Assembly (NCBI GenBank): GCA_947648915.1
Contig: CANSPQ010000004.1
Location: 1 to 63,346 of the forward strand
Origin: an uncultured Bacillales bacterium
Lineage (GTDB): Bacteria; Bacillota_I; Bacilli_A; RF39; UBA660
Reading direction: 5' to 3'
DNA: 63,346 bases
Shown here: positions 1 to 8,416 of the stretch, one piece after another
Layout of the letters: each line of letters opens with the position of its first letter
Position numbering within the stretch: position 1 is the first letter of the stretch
Made by a program: the position numbers and the translations under genes
The notes under the pieces: generated by a model
What the model was told of the DNA's origin: nothing
The model's input: the letters and a program-made list of their open reading frames with translations, nothing else
Databases searched by the model: none

Positions 1-623
1 CAGCTCATTATGATATTTACTATAGAGTACAGACCCAAGGATTTGGCTGGTTAGGCTGGGCAAAGAATGGTGAAGCAGCAGGGACAGCAGGATTTGGTTA
101 CCGAGTAGAAGCAATTGAAATTAAATTAGTCAAAAAAGGAGCAACAGCTCCCGGAAGTACAGCCAATCATCTTTATGAAAGTATTTCTAGTCTACCACTG
201 AGTCGACAAAATGCCTTGAAACAAGCTCAGAGTTATTTAAAATATAGCCCATTTTCCCGCGATGGATTAATTGAACAGTTGCAGTATGAAAAATATTCTT
301 ATGTAGATGCAATATATGCAGTTGATCATAGTGGAGCAGATTGGTATGAACAAGCATTAAAGCAAGCTCAAAATTATTTAAAATATAGTTCATTTTCCTA
401 TGATGGATTAATTGAGCAATTGGAATTTGAAAAATTTACACATGAGCAAGCAATATATGCAGTTGATCATAGTGGAGCAGATTGGTATGAACAAGCATTA
501 AAGCAGGCTCAAAATTATTTAAAATATAGTTCATTTTCTCATGATGGGTTAATTGAGCAATTGGAATTCGAAAAATTTACACATGAGCAAGCAATATATG
601 CAGTATCAATTATTGGTTTATAA
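1..623 (+). CDS. 3' end of a ChW-repeat surface protein ending in three Ltp-type (host cell surface-exposed lipoprotein-like) repeats; 5' end lies outside the window
   Basis: Frame 3 is open from nt 3 to TAA 621-623; the ORF track shows it only from an internal TTG at 216. nt 3-170 encode ...YDIYYRVQTQGFGWLGWAKNGEAAGTAGFGYRVEAIEIKLVKKG, the same ChW-type repeat as the next gene. Three units of ALKQAQNYLKYSSFS.DGLIEQLEFEKFTHEQAIYAVDHSGADWYEQ follow. Confidence 0.8.
   Translation, partial: AHYDIYYRVQTQGFGWLGWAKNGEAAGTAGFGYRVEAIEIKLVKKGATAPGSTANHLYESISSLPLSRQNALKQAQSYLKYSPFSRDGLIEQLQYEKYSYVDAIYAVDHSGADWYEQALKQAQNYLKYSSFSYDGLIEQLEFEKFTHEQAIYAVDHSGADWYEQALKQAQNYLKYSSFSHDGLIEQLEFEKFTHEQAIYAVSIIGL
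213..620 (+). repeat. 141-bp (47-codon) in-frame tandem repeat, about 2.9 copies, encoding the Ltp-like units
   Basis: GCA/GCC TTA/TTG AAR CAA GCT CAR recurs at 213, 354 and 495, an exact 141-bp period. Copies 2 and 3 are nearly identical at the DNA level. Confidence 0.9.
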
Positions 624-764
624 TGAAATATACGTATAAAAAAAATTAATTCAAATAATGGAGTTAATTTTTTTATATAGTAGATTTAATGTTTTGATTT
701 CAAAAATTGATGATATAATGGTGATGTGCAAAAGAATATATTGTAGTATATGAGGAGGTACCTT

Positions 765-3700
765 ATGTTAAGAAAATTTATTTATAGTTTCATAGCAATT
801 ATAATAGTTAATTTGATTTTACCAATAAAAACTATATTTGCCGAGGATAACTATTTAATTCAGGTTGGAACAGGAAAGTATCAAATAATAGTGAAAGATG
901 ATACGACTATAGACCAAATTAAAAATGTTTTAGGAGAGGCTAAGGTTGTAACAGACTCTGCTTTTGGAGGACATAGTTATACATTTTACACGGATAATAA
1001 TTATAGTAATTATTTATATATAGAAACAGATGAGGTAGAAAAAATTGTTTCTTATGGATCAGTTGACCCTTCTTATAAGACACCAACCTACAGTTATGAC
1101 GATGCTTATAACTATAGGGAAAATGGAGTTTTACATGGATGCTTATTTAATGTAAGTGGGCAGATCAAAGGTGGAGTTTATTATAATAAAAAATACATCC
1201 AATACAATGAAGCATTAGAAAAATACAAAACGAATTATAAAAATGATGAAATAAAGTATTTATATAGTTTGAGTAAACAATCTGTGTCTATGTTTAATGC
1301 CATTAGTAAAAATCAGGGTTATAATGATGGATTAGTATTTAATGATTATTACTTTTATATGAACATGCAATTAAAAGAATTTGGTACAAGTATTAAAGAT
1401 TTAACGGAGAAATTAGATAGATCTCATGAATACAAGGGAATTAAGTTAAAAGAAAAAGTCGATTTTAATAATAGTGTCTATTATCTTTTGAATCCAATGG
1501 TATTTGCTTCTTTGGCAAGTTATGCAAATGAAGTTCAATTTGGAGAACAAAATATTGCAATTTTTGATTATAATATGGATACGAAAATTATCACAACAGG
1601 TGCTGTTAAAAAAGATGTTCTAGAAGTTAAAAATGCAATTTCTTATACACAAGAAGAAACAAAAAAATTAATTGATGGGCGCACTTTATACAATAAAGCA
1701 ATTGAAAATCTATATAAAGAAGAAAAAATATACAAAGTAGAACCCCAAACAACCATTCCATCAACCTTAATAGCGGGAGAATTAGTGGACAGTAAAAAAC
1801 AGGGAATCTTAGACTATGTAAATGCGATTCGTGTGGCAGCAGGACTTTCTAAATTGGAATTAGATGAACATGCATATGATGTTGCCCAGCATATTGCAAC
1901 GCTAATTAGCTATCGAAAAACAGAATTAGGTTTGGATATTGCCCATATTCCACCTAAACCAGATGGAGTAACCGAAGAATATTATCAGGCCTCTCTTGGA
2001 GTAACAGATGGATATGCTGAAAATTTAGGATATGCATCAAGAGAAACAACAGTGGGAACCATGATGCTCCATATTAATATGTTTTTAGATGATGGTTCAG
2101 AAAGGCCTAAAGTGTTCTCACATAGAACAAAATTGTTAGACACAGAATTTACAAAGTTCGGATATGGAATTAGTAATGTAACGTTTGCAAATGAATTTTC
2201 TGGATATAAAGCTTCTGATGTAAAATTGCAAGCATGGCCAGCTGAAGGCGTTACGTTTTTAGAGTCTTTGGTAGATAAAAAGTTTGATTGGAGTAGTCAA
2301 TTTGTAAGACAATATAAAGTAGAAGATGATACCACCGTATCTGTAAAATGCTTAAATACCAATCAAGTATGGAATTGGAGTGAGGAAGAAAAGACAAGTA
2401 ATCGGTATTTTACAAGATATACAAAATCTATTTCATCCGTCAATAACAAAGTAGTTTTTTATGATTCCACTATTATTCCAGAAGCAGGATATGTATATGA
2501 AATAACTGTTCATAATTTATTAGATGAAACAACTAACAAAAAAGCAGATTACACGTATAGAACTGTATTTGAAAATGCCAATATGGAAAGTGGAGCACAG
2601 AAAATAAAAAGTTTAAATATTGAAGTTCCTTCTACTTTGTCAAAAATGGGTGATAATACTTACAAAGCAAAGGTTGGGCAAACTATAAAATTGAATGCTA
2701 AAATTGCAACAACAAGTACGAATGATTATGTACAAGTAACATGGAACTCTTCAGATACTTCTAAGGTAGAGGTAACACAAAATGGACAAATAATCGTAAA
2801 GGATGTTATTGTAGATCCAGTTAGAATTGAGGTAGTAAACGCTTACTCAGGACTAAAAAGTAGTATTGATATTGTTACAGATGTAGAAGGTATTACAATG
2901 AGCTTAGATAAATTATCGTATCAATTAGATTCAATAGGAGATACGGTAAAGTTAAATGCTAAAATAGGAACAGGTGGGACGGTAAACGCAAATTGGAGTT
3001 CTAGTAATGAATCTATTGCAACCGTTGATAGCAATGGTATTGTAAGAGCAAAAAATGGTGGATTTGTTAAGATAAAAGCTACTACAAGATTTGGTAGTGC
3101 TGAATGTTACATATATGTACGAGTACTGCGTACTTTAAGTGATGGAAGTAAGGCATACCCAGGAGACTTAAACCGTGATGGTGTAATTAATTCTATTGAT
3201 GGATCGGTTGTAGCAGATTGGTATAGCAAAAATTTAACTGTTGATGAGATTGCTATTGCTGATATTAATGCAGATGGAGTGGTCAATAGTAATGATGTAG
3301 CTACAATATCCGATATGTATAATAGTAATATTTCATTTCAACCAGGTCCATATTATCCAATTCAATCAATAATATTAAATAAAACTGATATTACTTTAGA
3401 CAGAGGAGATGTATTACAATTAACAGCGACAGTATCTCCAACAGATACAACAGATAGTCCTCACGTTATATGGATTAGTAGCAATGAAAATGTAGTAAAG
3501 GTAGATAGTACAGGTAAAGTAACTGCAATGGGTGGTGGAACTGCAATCGTTACTGCAATTGCGGATAATGGTAGAGGTATTAAGAAAAAATGTAATATAA
3601 CAGTAACAGGAGCCCCTCTTGAAGTCCCAATCACATCCATTCAATTAGATAAAACAACTTTAACGATGAATCAAAATGAAACATTTATTTTAAATGCAAC

Positions 3701-5249
3701 AATCACTCCAATCAATACAACATATAGCAAAGAAGTTATTTGGAGTTCAAGCAATAGTAAAATTGTATCTGTAGACAACAATGGAAAAGTAGTTGCTAAA
3801 TCTGCAGGAACCGCAACTATAACAGCAGAAACAATGAATGGAAAGAAAGCCACTTGTACTATAGTAGTATTGAAAAAAGAGACGGATTTATTATACCAAG
3901 CAAAAGTCGAAAATCAAGGTTGGTTAAATACAGTATATAATGGTGCATCTGCAGGAACCGCTGGAAAAGCATTAAAATTAGAAGCCTTGAAGATAAATCT
4001 AGAAAATCAAGAATATAGTGGAAATATAGAATATAGAAGTCAACTCCAGAAATATGGATGGGAATCAACATGGAAGAAAAATGGAGAAATGACAGGAACA
4101 AATGAAGGACTAAGATTAGAAGCCATTCAAATAAGATTGACAGGAGAAATGGCCAATCATTATGATATTTACTATAGAGTACAAACCCAAGGATTTGGAT
4201 GGTTAGGCTGGGCAAAGAATGGCAGATCAGCAGGAACGGCAGGATTTGGCTACCGAGTAGAAGCAATTGAAATTAAACTAGTGAAAAAAGGTGGTACAGC
4301 TCCTGGAAGTACAGAAAGATCATTCATTGATAGTAATAATATGAAAGTAAGCTATCAAGCAAAAGTCGAAAAAGAAGGATGGTTAAATGCGGTTAATAGT
4401 GGAATCGCAGGAACAGCCGGAAAAGCATTAAAACTAGAAGCTTTAAAAATCAAACTAGAAAACCAAGTCTTAAATGGAAACATCGAGTATAGAAGTCAAC
4501 TCCAGAAATATGGGTTAGAAAGTACATGGAAGAAAAATGGAGAAATGACAGGAACAAATGAGGGACTAAGATTAGAAACGTTACAACTGAGATTAACAGG
4601 AGAATTATCCAATCATTATGATATTTACTATAGAGTGCAAACTCAAGGATTTGGATGGTTAGGTTGGGCAAAGAATGGTGAAGCAGCAGGAACGGCAGGA
4701 TTTGGCTACCGAGTAGAAGCAATTGAAATTAAACTAGTGAAAAAAGGTGGTACAGCTCCTGGAAGTACAGAAAGATCATTCATTGATAGTAATAATATGA
4801 AAGTAAGCTATCAAGCAAAAGTCGAAAAAGAAGGATGGTTAAATGCGGTTAATAGTGGAATCGCAGGAACAGCTGGAAAAGCATTAAAACTAGAAGCTTT
4901 AAAGATAAAACTAGAAAACCAAGTCTTAAATGGAAATATCGAGTATAGAAGTCAACTCCAAAAATATGGACTAGAAAGTACATGGAAGAAAAATGGAGAG
5001 ATGACAGGAACAAATGAGGGATTAAGATTAGAAACGTTACAACTGAGATTAACAGGAGAATTATCAGCTCATTATGATATTTACTATAGAGTACAGACCC
5101 AAGGATTTGGCTGGTTAGGATGGGCAAAGAACGGTGAAGCAGCAGGGACAGCAGGATTTGGCTACCGAGTAGAAGCAATTGAAATTAAACTAGTGAAAAA
5201 AGGTGGTACAGCTCCTGAAAGTACAGCCAATCATCTTTATGTAAAGTAA
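765..5249 (+). CDS. Large secreted multidomain protein: signal peptide, CAP/SCP-like domain, 4 Big_2-like Ig domains, dockerin-like module, 9 ChW repeats
   Basis: GAGGAGG at 752-758 precedes ATG 765; the track start at 750 lies inside the RBS. Signal peptide MLRKFIYSFIAIIIVNLILPIKTIFA. CAP-like GILDYVNAIRVAAGL... at about 1800-2180. Big_2-like VTWNSSDTSKVEVTQNG, NWSSSNESIATVDSNG, VIWISSNENVVKVDSTG and VIWSSSNSKIVSVDNNG. Dockerin GDLNRDGVINSIDG...ADINADGVVNSNDV at about 3160-3320. ChW units GWL..V.NG..AGT.G...R.EA..I at about 3880-5230. Confidence 0.85.
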   Translation: MLRKFIYSFIAIIIVNLILPIKTIFAEDNYLIQVGTGKYQIIVKDDTTIDQIKNVLGEAKVVTDSAFGGHSYTFYTDNNYSNYLYIETDEVEKIVSYGSVDPSYKTPTYSYDDAYNYRENGVLHGCLFNVSGQIKGGVYYNKKYIQYNEALEKYKTNYKNDEIKYLYSLSKQSVSMFNAISKNQGYNDGLVFNDYYFYMNMQLKEFGTSIKDLTEKLDRSHEYKGIKLKEKVDFNNSVYYLLNPMVFASLASYANEVQFGEQNIAIFDYNMDTKIITTGAVKKDVLEVKNAISYTQEETKKLIDGRTLYNKAIENLYKEEKIYKVEPQTTIPSTLIAGELVDSKKQGILDYVNAIRVAAGLSKLELDEHAYDVAQHIATLISYRKTELGLDIAHIPPKPDGVTEEYYQASLGVTDGYAENLGYASRETTVGTMMLHINMFLDDGSERPKVFSHRTKLLDTEFTKFGYGISNVTFANEFSGYKASDVKLQAWPAEGVTFLESLVDKKFDWSSQFVRQYKVEDDTTVSVKCLNTNQVWNWSEEEKTSNRYFTRYTKSISSVNNKVVFYDSTIIPEAGYVYEITVHNLLDETTNKKADYTYRTVFENANMESGAQKIKSLNIEVPSTLSKMGDNTYKAKVGQTIKLNAKIATTSTNDYVQVTWNSSDTSKVEVTQNGQIIVKDVIVDPVRIEVVNAYSGLKSSIDIVTDVEGITMSLDKLSYQLDSIGDTVKLNAKIGTGGTVNANWSSSNESIATVDSNGIVRAKNGGFVKIKATTRFGSAECYIYVRVLRTLSDGSKAYPGDLNRDGVINSIDGSVVADWYSKNLTVDEIAIADINADGVVNSNDVATISDMYNSNISFQPGPYYPIQSIILNKTDITLDRGDVLQLTATVSPTDTTDSPHVIWISSNENVVKVDSTGKVTAMGGGTAIVTAIADNGRGIKKKCNITVTGAPLEVPITSIQLDKTTLTMNQNETFILNATITPINTTYSKEVIWSSSNSKIVSVDNNGKVVAKSAGTATITAETMNGKKATCTIVVLKKETDLLYQAKVENQGWLNTVYNGASAGTAGKALKLEALKINLENQEYSGNIEYRSQLQKYGWESTWKKNGEMTGTNEGLRLEAIQIRLTGEMANHYDIYYRVQTQGFGWLGWAKNGRSAGTAGFGYRVEAIEIKLVKKGGTAPGSTERSFIDSNNMKVSYQAKVEKEGWLNAVNSGIAGTAGKALKLEALKIKLENQVLNGNIEYRSQLQKYGLESTWKKNGEMTGTNEGLRLETLQLRLTGELSNHYDIYYRVQTQGFGWLGWAKNGEAAGTAGFGYRVEAIEIKLVKKGGTAPGSTERSFIDSNNMKVSYQAKVEKEGWLNAVNSGIAGTAGKALKLEALKIKLENQVLNGNIEYRSQLQKYGLESTWKKNGEMTGTNEGLRLETLQLRLTGELSAHYDIYYRVQTQGFGWLGWAKNGEAAGTAGFGYRVEAIEIKLVKKGGTAPESTANHLYVK
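3880..5229 (+). repeat. About 456-bp (152-codon) in-frame tandem triplication; each unit encodes three ChW repeats
   Basis: AGATCATTCATTGATAGTAATAATATGAAAGTAAGC occurs at 4318 and 4774, offset 456 bp. Units 2 and 3 differ at only scattered positions. Unit 1 (from about 3880) is more diverged and carries a 1-codon indel. Confidence 0.9.
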
Positions 5250-5350
5250 ATATGAAAGACTAAATAAGGAAGACGCTATATTTTAATTCAGTGTTTTCTT
5301 TTTTGTTGTAAAATAAATGTATTCAAATACTAAGTTTTTGGGCGATTTAT

Positions 5351-5379
5351 TTGACAAATGTACAAAATTAGTATAGAAT
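5351..5379 (+). promoter_or_regulatory. Sigma-A type promoter of the polysaccharide locus
   Basis: TTGACA (5351-5356), 17-nt spacer, TAGAAT (5374-5379). Confidence 0.55.
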
Positions 5380-5384
5380 GAATG

Positions 5385-5478
5385 TAGCAAACAAAGAGAA
5401 ATTGCATAATAAAATAAAATAGATAATTCAAAAATACACCTGTTTGCTATTTGTAAACGGGGGGTATACCCCTATTTT
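5385..5478 (+). promoter_or_regulatory. Structured 5' leader of the polysaccharide operon (long-range 9-bp helix plus GC hairpin/T-rich tail)
   Basis: TAGCAAACA (5385-5393) is the perfect complement of TGTTTGCTA (5441-5449). GGGGTATACCCC (5461-5472) followed by TATTTTA resembles a short attenuator. Confidence 0.35.
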
Positions 5479-5510
5479 AATGTATAGAAAGAATATTAGG
5501 AGTGATTTAA

Positions 5511-6194
5511 ATGAATGAAGAAATGATAGCTTTGCAGACAACAACTCAAGAACAAATTAAAGATTTGCGGGAGAGTAAACTGTATAGAGTTCCAAAGAGA
5601 GTAGCTGATTTATTAGTAGGAATTGTTGGCGTTATCTTCTTGATACCACTAACTGTTATTATAAAAATTTGCTATATATGTCAACACGATTTCCATCCAA
5701 TTTTATTTAAACAGGAAAGAATTGGGCGAAATGGGAAACCAATTTATATTTATAAATTTCGTTCAATGGTTCCCAATGCAGATCAGGTATTGTTTGATTT
5801 GTTAGAAAAAAATGAAGATTTAAAAAGAGAATATAAGAGATATAAAAAATTAAAAAACGATCCTAGAATTACAAAAGTAGGAAAAATTATTCGCAATACT
5901 TCTATTGATGAAATGCCCCAATTTTTAAATGTATTAAAAGGAGATATGTCATTGGTAGGTCCAAGACCATATTTATATAGAGAAAAAGAAGATATGGGAG
6001 AATATTATGATACTATTATCAAATGTAAACCTGGGATTACAGGTTATTGGCAAGTAAATGGTAGAAGTAATACTGATTTTGGGAAACGATTAGTATTAGA
6101 TGAATATTATTATTATCATCGTAATTTAAATTTAGATGTTAAAATAGTAGGAAAAACAGTAGCTCAAGTGATTATGAAAAAAGATGTAATGTAA
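5511..6194 (+). CDS. Polyprenyl-phosphate sugar-phosphate transferase (bacterial sugar transferase family, priming enzyme)
   Basis: One N-terminal TM, then motifs KFRSM, DEMPQFLNVLKGDMSLVGPRP and GITGYWQVNGRS typical of WbaP/CpsE-type C-terminal domains. Confidence 0.85.
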   Translation: MNEEMIALQTTTQEQIKDLRESKLYRVPKRVADLLVGIVGVIFLIPLTVIIKICYICQHDFHPILFKQERIGRNGKPIYIYKFRSMVPNADQVLFDLLEKNEDLKREYKRYKKLKNDPRITKVGKIIRNTSIDEMPQFLNVLKGDMSLVGPRPYLYREKEDMGEYYDTIIKCKPGITGYWQVNGRSNTDFGKRLVLDEYYYYHRNLNLDVKIVGKTVAQVIMKKDVM

Positions 6195-6214
6195 AATAGA
6201 TATGAGGATTTTAA

Positions 6215-7267
6215 ATGGAGGAAAAAGTAAAATTTAATTCTATTGATGGTTTAAGAGCATTTGCAGCGATAGGAATTATTATGATGCATATTGCCGCCAA
6301 TACCCAATATAATATTAAATCTAGTATATATAGTATAGTTCTTCCACAGTTTGCAACCCTTGTTTTCTTATTTATGATAATTAGTAGCTTTGGAATATGT
6401 TGTGGATACTATGAAAAAATAAAAAATAACAAAATAACATTAAATGAATTCTATCAAAAAAGATATTCAAAAATTTTACCATTTTTTTCAGTTTTGGTTT
6501 TATTGGATTTATTGATTGAAAGAAATTTGCCAGCATTGTATGAATCCATTATGAATTTAACATTGACATTTTCCTTCTTACCCAATTCCAATATTAATAT
6601 AATTGGTGTAGGTTGGACATTAGGCGTTATTTTTGCATTTTATATGTTATATCCTTTCTTTGTTTTTTTATTAGATAACAGAAAAAGAGCATGGTTTAGC
6701 TTATTGATTACAATTATTATTCATATTATATGTATTCATTATTTCTTCACAAGTAAGTTTGTATTACCATCATTTAATTTTAGTCACAATATCCTATATT
6801 GTTCCATATTTTTTATTACTGGTGGAGTTATCTATTTATATAAAGATTGTATTCTAAAATATTTTTCAAAACATAATTACATTGTGTTGCTATTTTCAAT
6901 TTTATTGTCTATCATATATTTTACATTTTTTGAACAAATCAAATATAGGAATTTATATTTATGCCTTGTTTATGCACTTTATTTGATATATGCAATTAAT
7001 TCAAATGGAAAACTATTAAATAATAAAATAACCAAATTTTTAAGTAAAATTAGTTTCGAAATCTACTTATGCCATATGTTAATATTTAGGCTGATTGAAA
7101 AAATGAATTTGCTATATCTATTTGGAAATTCTATATTATCTTTTATTGTTACATGTATTTTAGTTACAATAGGAGCAATTTTCTTTTCCATTATTGTACA
7201 GAAGATAATTGCTAAAATAAAAGAATATTTCAATTATTTTGGTAAAAGGAAGGCAATAAGTTCATAA
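6215..7267 (+). CDS. Acyltransferase family 3 integral membrane protein (probable polysaccharide O-acyltransferase)
   Basis: 350 aa with about 10 hydrophobic segments. N-terminal FNSIDGLRAFAAIGIIMMH matches the acyltransferase-3 signature. Confidence 0.7.
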   Translation: MEEKVKFNSIDGLRAFAAIGIIMMHIAANTQYNIKSSIYSIVLPQFATLVFLFMIISSFGICCGYYEKIKNNKITLNEFYQKRYSKILPFFSVLVLLDLLIERNLPALYESIMNLTLTFSFLPNSNINIIGVGWTLGVIFAFYMLYPFFVFLLDNRKRAWFSLLITIIIHIICIHYFFTSKFVLPSFNFSHNILYCSIFFITGGVIYLYKDCILKYFSKHNYIVLLFSILLSIIYFTFFEQIKYRNLYLCLVYALYLIYAINSNGKLLNNKITKFLSKISFEIYLCHMLIFRLIEKMNLLYLFGNSILSFIVTCILVTIGAIFFSIIVQKIIAKIKEYFNYFGKRKAISS

Positions 7268-7294
7268 ATTTGAATGCTAAATGAGGTGATAACC

Positions 7295-8410
7295 ATGAAA
7301 ATATCTATGTTAGGACAAAAACAAGTGCCATCAAGGCAAGGTGGTGTTGAAATTGTTGTTGAAGAACTAGCAACTAGAATGGTACAATTAGGAAATAATG
7401 TTACCTGTTATAATAGAAATGATAAATCTGCCTCTTTTTCTTCAAATGAATACAAGGGTGTTCAATTAAAAAAAGTAATTACAATTAATCAAAAAGGTTT
7501 AGCAGCTATGACATCTTCTTTTTTTGCAACAATGAAAATACTTTTTTCAAAAACAGATATTGTTCATTATCATGCAGAGGGTCCCTGTGCTATGATGTGG
7601 ATACTTAAATTTTTTAGCAAGAAGAAGCTTGTAGCAACAATTCATGGATTGGATTGGCAAAGAGCAAAATGGGGTAATTTTGCATCAAAATATATTCAGT
7701 TTGGTGAGAAAGTAGCAGTCAAATATGCAGATGAGATTATAGTACTTAGTGAAAATATGCAAACATATTTTAAAACAAAATACAATAGAGACACTGTATA
7801 TATTCCAAATGGAGTTAGTAAACCCAACATTTTGAAAGCTAAAATTATTAAAGAAAAGTATAACGTAAATACCAATGATTACATATTATACTTAGGAAGG
7901 ATTGTTCCGGAAAAGGGAATTCATTACTTGGTATCTGCATTTATGAACCTTGCAACAGATAAGAAATTAATTATAGCAGGAGGTTCAAGTGATACCAACT
8001 CCTATTATGAAGAATTGAAACAAATGGCTAGAAGTAATCCTAATATCATATTTACAGGTTTTGTGGAAGGTGAAGAACTTGCAGAACTATATAGTAACGC
8101 ATACATTTATTGCTTGCCGAGTGATGTAGAAGGAATGCCACTTAGTTTATTAGAAGCAATGAGTTATAACAATTGTTGTTTAACAAGTGATATAAAAGAA
8201 CTTGAAGAAGTGATAGAAGATAAAGGATTAATTTTTAAAAAATCGAATGTAAAAGATTTAGAAAATAAACTAAGTGGATTATTACAAGATGAAACAAGGG
8301 TAAATATGTATAAAGAACAATCCCAAAATTATGTTTTAAAAAAATATAATTGGGATGAAGTGACAAATCAAACATTATCATTATATAGAAAAATATTGGA
8401 AAGTAGGTAA
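7295..8410 (+). CDS. Glycosyltransferase family 4
   Basis: GAGGTGA RBS then ATG 7295. GRIVPEKGIHYL and EGMPLSLLEAMSYNNCCLTSD (E-x7-E region) are typical of GT4/GT1 retaining transferases. Confidence 0.85.
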   Translation: MKISMLGQKQVPSRQGGVEIVVEELATRMVQLGNNVTCYNRNDKSASFSSNEYKGVQLKKVITINQKGLAAMTSSFFATMKILFSKTDIVHYHAEGPCAMMWILKFFSKKKLVATIHGLDWQRAKWGNFASKYIQFGEKVAVKYADEIIVLSENMQTYFKTKYNRDTVYIPNGVSKPNILKAKIIKEKYNVNTNDYILYLGRIVPEKGIHYLVSAFMNLATDKKLIIAGGSSDTNSYYEELKQMARSNPNIIFTGFVEGEELAELYSNAYIYCLPSDVEGMPLSLLEAMSYNNCCLTSDIKELEEVIEDKGLIFKKSNVKDLENKLSGLLQDETRVNMYKEQSQNYVLKKYNWDEVTNQTLSLYRKILESR

Positions 8411-8416
8411 AATATT

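Noticed and set aside
3160-3320. The dockerin as evidence for a cellulosome.
   Set aside because: The window contains no cohesin, scaffoldin or glycoside hydrolase module. Only the dockerin motif itself is claimed.
3859-5178. Three minus-strand ORFs (3859-4266, 4450-4722, 4849-5178) with similar Leu-rich translations.
   Set aside because: They are antisense to the ChW tandem repeats of a well-supported + strand gene. Their similarity to each other only mirrors the 456-bp repeat. They have no RBS and a low-complexity composition.
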